Below, piece by piece: positions 26,679 through 36,544 of a stretch of 64,000 nt of DNA (its first letter is position 1; every line of letters begins with the position of its first letter). Origin of the DNA: an uncultured Bacilli bacterium (GTDB taxonomy: Bacteria; Bacillota_I; Bacilli_A; RF39; UBA660); contig CANQBI010000002.1 of NCBI GenBank assembly GCA_947589435.1, positions 886 to 64,885 of the forward strand. Direction: 5' to 3'. The notes under the pieces were generated by a model. It did no database searches and had not been told where the DNA came from. It worked only from the letters and a program-made list of their open reading frames with translations. Made by a program: the position numbers and the translations under genes.

Positions 26679-29222
26679 ATGAAAAGAAATGAAGTAGACA
26701 GAAATAAACTAAGTCCCATGATGAGACAATATATGGAAATCAAAGATAATTATGAAGATGAACTTCTATTTTTTCGCTTGGGGGATTTTTATGAATTGTT
26801 TTTTGAAGATGGACTTACAGCCTCAAGAGAACTAGAGCTTACTTTAACAGGTAAATCTTGTGGACTAGAGGAAAGAGTACCCATGTGTGGGGTTCCTTAT
26901 CATGCGGTTAAAGGTTATATTGAAAAACTAGTTAATAAAGGTTACCGAATTGCTATTTGTGAACAGTTAGAGGACCCTAAAATGACTAAAGATACTGTTA
27001 AAAGAGGGGTTGTTGATGTTATTAGTAAAGGGACAATAACCGATTATGAACTTTTAGATGATAAAGTAAATTCTTATATAGCAAGTATCTTAGAATTTAG
27101 TGATATTTATATTATTACTTATGCGGATATTTCTACTGGGGAACTATCTAGTATTAGTTTAAAAAAAGAAGAAAATACTCTTTATAGTGAAGTTTTAAAT
27201 TTAGGAATTAAAGAAGTTATTTTAATAGATAATACCAATGTTACTTTAGTGGATACTCTCAAAAATAAATATGGGATTGATATTGTTTTTAGTAATGCCT
27301 ATTATAATGAAGAACTACCTTTCTTAAAAAAAGTAAATGATGCTAGGAAGAAAATGGGGGTTAATCACTTATTTTATTATTTAGTGGTTAAAGAATTAAA
27401 AGATTTAAGTCATTTTAACGAACTCAAAGAAATTAATAAATTAGACTATTTAGAAATGGATGTCCATACTGTTCGTAACTTAGAATTATTTGAAACAATT
27501 AGATTAAAAGATAGAACTTATTCTTTGATTTGGCTTTTAGATAAATGTAAGACGGCGATGGGTTCAAGAAAACTTAAAAGTTTTTTAATGCATCCTTTAA
27601 AAGATATAAATTTACTTAATCAAAGATATGATAGAATTGAATGCTTAAATAATAATTTTATATTAAAAGATGAACTTAAAAATTTATTAAATGAAATATA
27701 TGATATTGAAAGATTATGTGGAAAAGTAGCGACCGGTAGTGTTAATGGAAGAGATCTTCTGCAACTAAGAAATAGTTTAAAAGTTTTACCAAGATTAAAA
27801 GAAATATTAATTAAACTAGACATATATCCGGATATTGATACGCATCAAGATATTTATATGTTACTCGAGGCCTCTTTATATGAAAATCCTCCCATTAGTG
27901 TTAAAGAAGGCTATTTAATTAAAGAAGGTTATAATAAAGATTTAGATGAGTTAAAAAGTATCAGAAGTAATGGCAAAGATTTTATTTTACAATTTGAAAA
28001 TAAATTAAAAGAAGAAACCGGAATTAAGACTTTAAAAGTTGGTTTTAATAAAGTCTTTGGTTATTTTATTGAAGTATCTAAAGGAATGGCTAAAGAAGTT
28101 AAAGAAAATTTTGGCTGGGAAAGAAGACAAACTTTAACTAATTGCGAAAGGTATATCTCTCCCGAGTTAAAAGAAAAAGAAGCTTTAATTTTAAATGCGG
28201 AAGAAAAGATTATTGATTTAGAATATAATTTATTTACGGAAATTAAAAATATTATTAAAAAAGAAGTTTTAAAAATTAAAAAGACGGCGGATATTATTAG
28301 TGAAGTTGATGCTTTAGTATCTTTATCCATTTGTAGTGAAGAATATAATTTAATAAGACCAACTTTAAATGAATGTAAAGATTTAGAAATAATTGAAGGA
28401 AGACACCCTGTTGTCGAAGTAGTTAGTAAAGATAATTATGTGGCTAATGATTGTGTGATGAATAATAATCAAAGTACTTTACTTATAACAGGCCCTAACA
28501 TGAGTGGTAAATCAACATTTATGAGAGAAGTAGCTATTATTATAATTATGGCGCAGATGGGTTCTTTTGTTCCCGCTAAAAGAGCGAAAATTCCGATTAT
28601 TGATAAAATATTTACCCGAATTGGAGCCTCTGATGATTTAGTTTCCGGCGAATCAACATTCATGGTGGAAATGAAAGAAGCCGAAAATGCTCTTGCGAAT
28701 GCGACTGAGAAAAGTTTAATTATTTTTGATGAACTAGGAAGAGGTACCGCGACTTATGATGGTATGAGTTTAGCCCAAGCCATACTTGAATATGTTTGTG
28801 AAAATATTAAAGCTTTAACATTATTTTCGACCCATTATCACGAGTTAACTAGTTTAGAGAAAAAGTTTAAACTAATTAAAAATGTGCATGTGGAAGCCGT
28901 GGAAAATAATGGAGAAATTACTTTCTTACATAAAGTGAAAAATGGCGCGATTGATAAAAGTTATGGTATTCATGTCGCCAAACTGGCGGGATTACCTCCA
29001 AGTCTTTTAGAAAGAGCTAGTGATATTTTAAAAAATTATGAAAGTAATAAAAAGAGTAATAAACAAATTGAAAAAGTGCAATTAAGTTTTGACTTTGAAG
29101 AAGAAAAAGATAAAGATGAAGACTTATTAAAGAGTGAGTTAAATAAAATAGATCCTGTTAATATGACTCCTCTTGAAGCTTTAAATTATTTGTATGAATT
29201 AAAAAGAAAGGTCCAAAAATAA
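26679..29222 (+). CDS. mutS: DNA mismatch repair protein MutS
   Basis: Motifs seen: TPMMRQYMEIK, the FYELFFEDG mismatch-binding motif, Walker A GPNMSGKST, and DELGRGT. Confidence 0.97.
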   Translation: MKRNEVDRNKLSPMMRQYMEIKDNYEDELLFFRLGDFYELFFEDGLTASRELELTLTGKSCGLEERVPMCGVPYHAVKGYIEKLVNKGYRIAICEQLEDPKMTKDTVKRGVVDVISKGTITDYELLDDKVNSYIASILEFSDIYIITYADISTGELSSISLKKEENTLYSEVLNLGIKEVILIDNTNVTLVDTLKNKYGIDIVFSNAYYNEELPFLKKVNDARKKMGVNHLFYYLVVKELKDLSHFNELKEINKLDYLEMDVHTVRNLELFETIRLKDRTYSLIWLLDKCKTAMGSRKLKSFLMHPLKDINLLNQRYDRIECLNNNFILKDELKNLLNEIYDIERLCGKVATGSVNGRDLLQLRNSLKVLPRLKEILIKLDIYPDIDTHQDIYMLLEASLYENPPISVKEGYLIKEGYNKDLDELKSIRSNGKDFILQFENKLKEETGIKTLKVGFNKVFGYFIEVSKGMAKEVKENFGWERRQTLTNCERYISPELKEKEALILNAEEKIIDLEYNLFTEIKNIIKKEVLKIKKTADIISEVDALVSLSICSEEYNLIRPTLNECKDLEIIEGRHPVVEVVSKDNYVANDCVMNNNQSTLLITGPNMSGKSTFMREVAIIIIMAQMGSFVPAKRAKIPIIDKIFTRIGASDDLVSGESTFMVEMKEAENALANATEKSLIIFDELGRGTATYDGMSLAQAILEYVCENIKALTLFSTHYHELTSLEKKFKLIKNVHVEAVENNGEITFLHKVKNGAIDKSYGIHVAKLAGLPPSLLERASDILKNYESNKKSNKQIEKVQLSFDFEEEKDKDEDLLKSELNKIDPVNMTPLEALNYLYELKRKVQK

Positions 29223-29272
29223 TCTAGTAAATAAATAGGACATTTGGTATAATTGAAAGTGTGGTGATAATT

Positions 29273-29677
29273 ATGGCCAAGACAAGAAGTGAATTAAGAG
29301 AAAAATGTATGATTATTTTATATCAATGGGATTTATTTAAAAAAAGTCCTAATACTAATATTGATGAAATAATTAAAGATAATATGGAAATTGAAAATGA
29401 TTTCGTGAAAGATATTGTTTATGGAGTTATTACATATCAAAATACCATTGATGAGATTGCTAATAAATATATGAAAGATTGGGAAATTTCCAGGATTGAT
29501 AAAACGGGAGCTTCCATTTTAAGAATGGGTATTTTTGAGTTATTGTATACTGATACTCCGGATATTGTTGTCATTAATGAAGCGATTGAACTAGCTAAAA
29601 AATATAGTGATGATAATGTTAGAAAAATTATTAATGCCGTATTAGATAAGGTTACCAAAAATGAAATTAACGAATAA
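29273..29677 (+). CDS. nusB: transcription antitermination factor NusB
   Basis: Motifs seen: RSELREKCMIILYQ, ILRMGIFELLY, VVINEAIELAKKY. The start is set at ATG 29273. Confidence 0.85.
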   Translation: MAKTRSELREKCMIILYQWDLFKKSPNTNIDEIIKDNMEIENDFVKDIVYGVITYQNTIDEIANKYMKDWEISRIDKTGASILRMGIFELLYTDTPDIVVINEAIELAKKYSDDNVRKIINAVLDKVTKNEINE

Positions 29678-30509
29678 GGATTTTCGAAAAATTAAAAGAG
29701 TAAATAATGTTCGGGAAGTTTCTCTTTCTTGTGGGGACTTCTATGTTAAAGATACGTGGAATATAAAACATGCTGTTAATGAAGTAATTGGCAGAAGACT
29801 AGCCTCCATTTTCAATTTAAAGTGTCCAGATTACAAAGTAGTTATTTTTGATTATGATGGTGATACTACTTTAAATTCTCAATATCATAAATATTATAGT
29901 TTAAGTCAAGATTTATTTAATGAGCACGGTAAATTTGAAACGGCCAGAGAAATTGGCATTTTGTTTGAAGAAAATTATTCTTTATACCAAATTTGGTTTA
30001 AATTAGAAAGATTATATGGGACTGGTAAAGTTGCTGATTTAATGACAGATATCGTGAAAGTATATATTTTTGATCTTCTTTTTGGAGGTTCTGATAGACA
30101 CGCTAGCAACTGGGGTATTTATTTTACCAATACGACGCGAAAAGTAACTATTCTTGATAATGAATTCTTATTTGATAATCTAGAAGGTATGATATCATCT
30201 TATTTTTCGAAAGAAGTTTATAATGCGATTGATAAAGTTAGCAGTTATGAGGATTTTAAAAGAAAAGAATTTGCTAATTTCTTAAATGATTCCAGTGAAG
30301 AATTTATAAAATTGTTTTTAGTTTATTATAATTTATTTACCCCGGAATATTTAGAAGAATTATTATTAAGTATTGAAGGTGAAGAAAAATTCATTACAGA
30401 ATTTGGAGAAGTACAATTTGTGATTCCTCATAAAGAGGAGATAATGGAAAATTATCTAAAAAATTATGAATTACTCGGAAGTGTTTTAGAAGAAAGAAAA
30501 TTAAAATAG
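29661..30509 (+). CDS. HipA-C/PI-kinase-like putative kinase
   Basis: A catalytic-loop-like FGGSDRHASNWGI is followed by ILDNEF. It overlaps the nusB end by 17 nt. Confidence 0.35.
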   Translation: MKLTNKDFRKIKRVNNVREVSLSCGDFYVKDTWNIKHAVNEVIGRRLASIFNLKCPDYKVVIFDYDGDTTLNSQYHKYYSLSQDLFNEHGKFETAREIGILFEENYSLYQIWFKLERLYGTGKVADLMTDIVKVYIFDLLFGGSDRHASNWGIYFTNTTRKVTILDNEFLFDNLEGMISSYFSKEVYNAIDKVSSYEDFKRKEFANFLNDSSEEFIKLFLVYYNLFTPEYLEELLLSIEGEEKFITEFGEVQFVIPHKEEIMENYLKNYELLGSVLEERKLK

Positions 30510-30521
30510 AAAGGAGGACTT

Positions 30522-31865
30522 ATGTTTGGAGAAATACAATATTTAGGAGTATCTGAAGTAAATGAATATATTAAAAGTTTATTAGATAGTGATTTATTCT
30601 TAAATAGAATTTATTTAAAAGGCGAAATATCAAACTTTAAAAGTCATACCAGAGGACACTTATATTTTACTTTGAAAGATGACGGCGGAAGAATTAGTGC
30701 CGTTATGTTTGCAAATAATACGCGAACTTTAACTTTTACTCCTGAAGATGGGATGAATGTTTTAGTAAAGGGGCGCATTTCCGCGTATCCAGCGATGGGA
30801 AGTTATCAAATATATGTTGATTCCATGGAACTTGATGGTTTAGGTAATTTGTACTTAGAATATGAAAAGTTAAAAGAGAAATTACTTAAAGAAGGATTAT
30901 TTAATAAAGACCATAAAAAACCAATTCCCAAATACCCGGAAAGAATAGGCATTGTTACGGCCGATACAGGAGCTGCCGTAAGAGATATTATGAGCACCAT
31001 TAAAAGAAGATATCCTTTATGTGAAGCCATATTATTCCCATCCCTTGTCCAGGGAAAAGATGCGGCGCCGAATATCGTAAAACAAATTGAAGTTGCTGAT
31101 AACTTTGGATGTGATGTTCTAATTGTTGGAAGAGGTGGCGGATCTATTGAAGACTTATGGGCTTTCAATGAAGAAATTGTCGCTAGAGCCATTTATAATG
31201 CGAAAACGCCAATTATAAGTGCTGTCGGACATGAACCGGACTTTACCATTGCCGATTTTGTCGCGGACCTAAGAGCGCCAACTCCAACCGGAGCAGCCGA
31301 AATGGCAGTACCTACCATCTTAGATATTAATAATTTAATTAATCAATATAAATTAAGACTTAATAAAAATATTAAAAATTTAGTTAATACCAAGTTTATA
31401 TCTTTATATAATTTAAAAAATTCTTTTATTTTAAAAAATCCGATGAGTTTATATGAAATAAAAGAACAAAAATTAGATAAACTTTTAGATGATTTACAAA
31501 AGAATATGACTTATTATATGGATAATAAAAAAGTCTTATTAGAAAGAAATTTAAACAGATTACAGTTTGTAAGTCCCATGGCTTTAATTAATACAAGTGA
31601 AAATATTTTAAAAAGTTTAAGAACTAATCTAAATAATTTGATGGATAAATATTTAATTAAAAAACATAATTATTTAGATAATATGATTACCACTTTAAAA
31701 CTCGTTAATCCTTTAAATATTTTAAGTAATGGTTATTCTTTAGTTAAAAAGGATGATAAAGTAATTAAGGATACAAGTAAGTTAAAAGTAAAAGATAAAA
31801 TAACAATTAAGTTTTATAAAGGGGAAGTTACTAGTGAAGTTTTGGAGGTAAGAAATAATGAATAA
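30522..31865 (+). CDS. xseA: exodeoxyribonuclease VII large subunit
   Basis: The OB-fold N-terminus is VSEVNEYIKSLL...LKGEISNFK.HTRGHLYFTLKD. The core reads GIVTADTGAAVRDI...VGRGGGSIEDLWAFN. Confidence 0.93.
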   Translation: MFGEIQYLGVSEVNEYIKSLLDSDLFLNRIYLKGEISNFKSHTRGHLYFTLKDDGGRISAVMFANNTRTLTFTPEDGMNVLVKGRISAYPAMGSYQIYVDSMELDGLGNLYLEYEKLKEKLLKEGLFNKDHKKPIPKYPERIGIVTADTGAAVRDIMSTIKRRYPLCEAILFPSLVQGKDAAPNIVKQIEVADNFGCDVLIVGRGGGSIEDLWAFNEEIVARAIYNAKTPIISAVGHEPDFTIADFVADLRAPTPTGAAEMAVPTILDINNLINQYKLRLNKNIKNLVNTKFISLYNLKNSFILKNPMSLYEIKEQKLDKLLDDLQKNMTYYMDNKKVLLERNLNRLQFVSPMALINTSENILKSLRTNLNNLMDKYLIKKHNYLDNMITTLKLVNPLNILSNGYSLVKKDDKVIKDTSKLKVKDKITIKFYKGEVTSEVLEVRNNE

Positions 31866-32568
31866 AGAAATGTTAAAAGAATACTTAGCAAAATATGATG
31901 AAATAAAAACAGAATATGCGTATTTGGAAAATGCGAAAGATTATTTAAAAATTGAAAAAGAAAGAGATGGTCAAGAAAGAGATGACTTTCATAAAGAATT
32001 AACCATTAAAAGATCTAGTTTGTTCCATGAAAAATGGGATGAACTTAACAACATGAAAGAATTTGCTAATAGAACTTATCATAAAAATTTTATTAATTTA
32101 ATTTTAGCAGGACTTTCAATGATTTTAGTCGGCGCTATTGGCGGAAGAGTTATGCAAAATCCCGAATTTACTTTAGCTTTCAGTGGTATTGTTTGTCCAG
32201 TTGTAACGGTAGCAAGTCTTGTTGCTACCTTTGTAAGACATAAAAAAGATTTAAAAGAAATTGATAATATCGAAATTAAAGATGTTACAAGTCCCGAATA
32301 TGAAGAACTAATGAAGGATTACACTAAAAGTGATGAAAGATGTAAAGAAGTCGAAGAATCTTTAAATATAGTAAATGAAAGACTTACCAAACTTGGTTTA
32401 GTAAAACTTGATATTGAAAATTTAATATTATGTTTATTTTCGACTCTTAAAGATATTAAAAGAAATAAAAGTAATGCGGCGATGCCTTATGCTACATGGT
32501 TAAATGTTAGTAATATTGATGAAGAACCAACATTAGAAATGGGTTCAAATATAAGAAGAGGAAGATAG
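31858..32568 (+). CDS. hypothetical two-TM membrane protein inserted between xseA and xseB
   Basis: Its ATG overlaps the xseA stop (ATGAATAA). It has coiled-coil-like ends and central TMs FINLILAGLSMILVGAIGG and LAFSGIVCPVVTVASLVATFV. Confidence 0.6.
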   Translation: MNKEMLKEYLAKYDEIKTEYAYLENAKDYLKIEKERDGQERDDFHKELTIKRSSLFHEKWDELNNMKEFANRTYHKNFINLILAGLSMILVGAIGGRVMQNPEFTLAFSGIVCPVVTVASLVATFVRHKKDLKEIDNIEIKDVTSPEYEELMKDYTKSDERCKEVEESLNIVNERLTKLGLVKLDIENLILCLFSTLKDIKRNKSNAAMPYATWLNVSNIDEEPTLEMGSNIRRGR

Positions 32569-32578
32569 GAGGATAATA

Positions 32579-32830
32579 GTGAAAGAAGAAAAGAAAGAAA
32601 AATCAAAAGTTGCCGAAAAAACATTTGAAAGCAATTTAAAAGATTTAGAAGATTTAGTTAAAGAATTAGAAGCTGGTAATGTTCCTTTAGAAGATGCCAT
32701 TATTAAATATACGGAGGCAATGGAACTTGCTAAAGATTGTAGTGAAAAACTTAATAATGCGACCGAAAAAGTTAATAAAATATTATCAAGTGATGGGGAG
32801 TTAAAAGAATTTACGACACCTGAAAATTAA
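32579..32830 (+). CDS. xseB: exodeoxyribonuclease VII small subunit
   Basis: The product reads FESNLKDLEDLVKELEAGNVPLEDAI..YTEAMELAK.C. GTG start, 6 nt after AGGAGG. Confidence 0.88.
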   Translation: MKEEKKEKSKVAEKTFESNLKDLEDLVKELEAGNVPLEDAIIKYTEAMELAKDCSEKLNNATEKVNKILSSDGELKEFTTPEN

Positions 32831-32916
32831 TTATGGAAACATAGTTAATTTTTTTTGAATTTATCTTTAATTTACATAAATTTTGTAATAAAATGAATAA
32901 TAGTAGTAGGTGGGAT

Positions 32917-34050
32917 ATGAAGAATAAAAAGAATTTAATTTGGTTAATCATTATAATTATTATTCTAGTTATTATAAGTTTAATATTTGGGATTAATTAT
33001 GCTCTAAATAGAAAAGATAAAAATATTATTAATAGAGAGATTACTTTAATTAAAGAAACTAATAATTCATCTTTTTTAGGTAAAGATTTAGAAAAAGAAT
33101 ATTTAGATACGATTACTTATAATGATTTAATTGATACTTTTATAGATAGAGAAAAAATATCTAAAAATACCAGCATTTCTTTAGAATATAACAACGTTTT
33201 ACTAGAGGGTAGTGAAGATATTACATTCTCTTTAGTGGGAGAAAACAAATTAAAAATAATTTTAGAAACGGATTATAATTATAAAAATCATCATGAAGAT
33301 ATAATAAGTTCTAAAGAGTATACCATTTTAGTTAAAGATACAATTTATCCCGTTATAAATGGCTTAAGTGATAAAACTATTTATGTGGGAGATTCAATTA
33401 ACTTAGAAGAAGGAATAACAGCCACCGATGAAAAAGAAGGTGAGGTATCTTTTACAGTTGAAGGAAGTGTAGATACCAAAAAAGCGGGAACTTATGAAGT
33501 ATTGGTTAAAGCAACAGATCAAAATGGTAATGTAGTGGAAGGTACATTTAAAGTAACAGTTAAAAATAAAACCACAAGTAAATCAAATACTAATAATAGT
33601 AATCAAAGCAATAACAATAATAGTAATAGTAGTAATAATAACAATAATAATCAAACTAAACCAAGTGGGGAATTAACCGCCAAAGAAAAAGAAGCTCAAG
33701 CTCGGGTAATTGCGAGAGAAATAGCCAGAAGCATAACAGGAAGTACGGACTTAGAAAAAGTAACTAAGGCCGCTGAAAGGGTAAGTGAATACTATCAAAA
33801 AGGAGTTCATAAAGAAAGTGGCGTTGATTATAGAACAGCTTATGGAGTTTTTATTAAAGGAGAGTCTTCTTGTGCCGGAACAACTAGAGCCTTAGGAATG
33901 GTCTTAGAAGAAATGGGTTATAGTTGGACCCATGCTAATGAGAATCAGTGGACGCATCAATGGGTAATACTGACTATGGATGGTCGTGTAGGTTATGCCG
34001 ATGGTCAAGTTGGAATTGCCGGTTATGGTGTTCATCCGATTGCCGAATAG
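32917..34050 (+). CDS. membrane-anchored protein: Ig-like domain, Asn/Ser-rich linker, transglutaminase-like Cys-His-Asp C-terminal domain
   Basis: The N-terminal TM is LIWLIIIIIILVIISLIFGI. The Ig-like segment is PVINGLSDKTIYVGDSINLEEGITATDEKEG...GTYEVLVKATDQNGN. The N/S linker lies at about 33580-33657. The C-terminus reads SSCAGTTRALGMVLEEMGY...HQWVILTMDGRVGYADG. Confidence 0.5.
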   Translation: MKNKKNLIWLIIIIIILVIISLIFGINYALNRKDKNIINREITLIKETNNSSFLGKDLEKEYLDTITYNDLIDTFIDREKISKNTSISLEYNNVLLEGSEDITFSLVGENKLKIILETDYNYKNHHEDIISSKEYTILVKDTIYPVINGLSDKTIYVGDSINLEEGITATDEKEGEVSFTVEGSVDTKKAGTYEVLVKATDQNGNVVEGTFKVTVKNKTTSKSNTNNSNQSNNNNSNSSNNNNNNQTKPSGELTAKEKEAQARVIAREIARSITGSTDLEKVTKAAERVSEYYQKGVHKESGVDYRTAYGVFIKGESSCAGTTRALGMVLEEMGYSWTHANENQWTHQWVILTMDGRVGYADGQVGIAGYGVHPIAE

Positions 34051-34111
34051 AAAGTTAAATACTTTCTTTTTTATTTCATTTATTTTATAATTTATATAAG
34101 GAGGACTTTTT

Positions 34112-36298
34112 ATGTATGCGGAAGTTTTAATTGAATACCCAACGAAAAAAATTGATAAATATTTTACTTATGAAGTTCCTCTTAAGATGCGAAATACTTT
34201 ACAAGCTGGAATGAAAGTAAAGGTTCCTTTTGGTAGTAAAACAATTAATGGTTTTGTGATGAAAATAACAGACACCTTTAATAGTGATTATGAATTAAAA
34301 GAAATCGTGGAAGTAGTCGACCCGGAACTCAAACTAAATGATGAATTAATGCGTTTAGGTCTTTATTTAGAAGAAAAAACTTTATGTCCTAAGATAAGTG
34401 CTTATCAAACTATGCTTCCGAGTTCCTTAAAAATAAAAGATAATGATACTAATTATAATTTTTATAAAACTTATTTAATGCTTAATAAAACGAAAAAAGA
34501 GGTATTAGATTATTTAGTAAGTTATGGTAAAGAAAATAAACAAACTATTCTTTTAAATACATTATTAAAAGAAGAAAAAGTCTTAAAAAAAGATTATGAT
34601 TCTTATACCGTTAAAGCTTTAAAAGAAAAAGAATTAATTAAAGAAGTAAAAGAACAAGAATACAGGATTAATAAAAGTAATTTAGAAGGATTAGTTAAAC
34701 ATCCTTTAAATGTGGAACAACAAAAAGTATTTGAAACGGTTAAAAATACCAATGAATTTAAAACCTTTTTACTGGAGGGAATTACGGGAAGTGGTAAAAC
34801 CGAAGTTTATTTAAACTTAATTGAGGATACTTTAAATAAAGGGAAGACGGCGATTATGTTAGTGCCAGAAATTAGTTTAACTGTCGCATTAGTAAATCGT
34901 TTTTATGAGTGGTTTGGAAGCAGGGTAGCAATATTACACAGTGCCTTATCAAATGGGGAAAAATATGATGAATATTTAAAGATTATCCGAGGGGAAGTCT
35001 CTTTAGTTGTGGGTACACGTTCCGCCATATTTGCCCCTTTAGAAAATATTGGGATTATTATTATTGATGAAGAGCATAGTGATACTTTTAAACAAGATAA
35101 TATGCCGAGATATAATGCTAAAGATATTGCCATGGTGAGATGTAAATATCACAAGGCCCCTTTAGTTTTAGGAAGTGCGACTCCAACTTTAGAAAGTAAA
35201 GCAAGAGCCTTAAAAGGAGTATATAGTCATTTAAAACTTACGAAAAGAGCAGGTTTTGGGACTCTTCCTCAAGTAACTATTGTCGATATGCTTGAAGAAG
35301 TCAAAAAAAAGAATTTTATTTTTAGTGATGAATTAATTACTAAATTAAAAATGCGAATTAGTGCCCATGAACAAGCCATGATTTTACTTAATAGAAGAGG
35401 TTATAGTACAACAATTACTTGTTCTAACTGTGGTTATACTTATAAATGTCCTAACTGTGATATTACCCTAACTTATCATAAATCCACAAATAATTTAAGA
35501 TGCCATTATTGCGGGTATAGTATTTCCAAAGATAGTGTTTGTCCTAATTGTCATGAAGATGCCCTAAATTATTTAGGTTTAGGTACCGAAAAAGTCATGG
35601 AAGAATTACAAAAAATAATTCCGGAGGCTAAAATTATTCGCATGGATCAAGATACCACGAGCAAGAAAGGTTCTCATGAAAAAATTATTGAAAGTTTTAA
35701 AAATCATGAATATGATATTTTACTTGGCACCCAAATGATTAGTAAAGGTTTTGATTTTCCTTATGTTACTTTAGTGGGTATTATTAATGCGGATAGTTCT
35801 TTAAATATTCCCGATTTTCGCAGTAACGAAAGAACATTTTCTCTTTTATATCAAGCAAGTGGAAGAGCCGGAAGAAGTAATTTAGCTGGTGAAGTCATCT
35901 TGCAAACTTATAATCCCGATAATTATGTCTTAAATTGTGTTAAAGAAAATAATTTTAATAAATTCTTTAATTATGAAATGAATATTAGGAAAATTTTAAA
36001 ATATCCTCCATATTATTATTTAGTAAGTTTAAAGATTATTGCGAAAGATTATGATAAGTCTTTAGAAAATGCCACCAAGATAGCCAACTACTTAAGAAAA
36101 AGTATTTCTCCATCATCCATTGTTTTAGGGCCAACGACGGCTAGTTTATTTAAATTTAATAATACATATCGTTTTCAAATCGTTATTAAATACCGCTATG
36201 ATGAAAAATTAATGAGTGTTTTAAAATACTTAGATAATATTTATTTGAATGATAAAGATGTTAATTTAGAAATCGATATTGACCCTTTACATATCTAA
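34112..36298 (+). CDS. priA: primosomal protein N' (PriA helicase)
   Basis: Motifs seen: Walker A GITGSGKTEVY, DEEH, and the zinc-binding CSNCGY..CPNCD...CHYCGY...CPNC. Confidence 0.95.
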   Translation: MYAEVLIEYPTKKIDKYFTYEVPLKMRNTLQAGMKVKVPFGSKTINGFVMKITDTFNSDYELKEIVEVVDPELKLNDELMRLGLYLEEKTLCPKISAYQTMLPSSLKIKDNDTNYNFYKTYLMLNKTKKEVLDYLVSYGKENKQTILLNTLLKEEKVLKKDYDSYTVKALKEKELIKEVKEQEYRINKSNLEGLVKHPLNVEQQKVFETVKNTNEFKTFLLEGITGSGKTEVYLNLIEDTLNKGKTAIMLVPEISLTVALVNRFYEWFGSRVAILHSALSNGEKYDEYLKIIRGEVSLVVGTRSAIFAPLENIGIIIIDEEHSDTFKQDNMPRYNAKDIAMVRCKYHKAPLVLGSATPTLESKARALKGVYSHLKLTKRAGFGTLPQVTIVDMLEEVKKKNFIFSDELITKLKMRISAHEQAMILLNRRGYSTTITCSNCGYTYKCPNCDITLTYHKSTNNLRCHYCGYSISKDSVCPNCHEDALNYLGLGTEKVMEELQKIIPEAKIIRMDQDTTSKKGSHEKIIESFKNHEYDILLGTQMISKGFDFPYVTLVGIINADSSLNIPDFRSNERTFSLLYQASGRAGRSNLAGEVILQTYNPDNYVLNCVKENNFNKFFNYEMNIRKILKYPPYYYLVSLKIIAKDYDKSLENATKIANYLRKSISPSSIVLGPTTASLFKFNNTYRFQIVIKYRYDEKLMSVLKYLDNIYLNDKDVNLEIDIDPLHI

Positions 36299-36391
36299 AA
36301 GTTAACGATACATAGGTAAATTTAAGCAAAAGGGTAGATAAAAAACTAAATATATTTTATATTTATAATGTCTAGTTTAATATATATTGTA

Positions 36392-36419
36392 ATATGGTAT
36401 TAGATTTAATACCATATTA
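36392..36419. repeat. hairpin AATATGGTATTA gatt TAATACCATATT
   Basis: It has perfect 12-bp arms and lies downstream of priA, so it may be a terminator lacking a clean T run. Confidence 0.6.
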
Positions 36420-36427
36420 TGTGAAAT

Positions 36428-36449
36428 ATATATTCGGTATATGTAACAT
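36428..36449 (+). promoter_or_regulatory. conserved leader motif copy 2: ATATATTCGGTATATGTAACAT
   Basis: See the copies at 18285 and 54588. Confidence 0.45.
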
Positions 36450-36544
36450 TTTAAATAAATTCTTGGGGCAGATAGAAATATTTGCCTTTTTCTTTTAATA
36501 TAAGAAAATTTATGATATAATCACTATATAATAAGGAGAGTATT

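Noticed and set aside
29223-29272. Absence of mutL after mutS considered as a sign of deletion or rearrangement.
   Set aside because: mutS is intact and there are no remnants or repeats at the junction. mutS and mutL are not always linked, and this cannot be judged from one window.
33580-33657. An AAT/AGT-rich trinucleotide stretch considered as a tandem-repeat element.
   Set aside because: It is in frame and encodes the Asn/Ser-rich linker (SNTNNSNQSNNNNSNSSNNNNNNQ) of a surface protein. The repeat is imperfect. It may vary in length, but it is ordinary coding low complexity.
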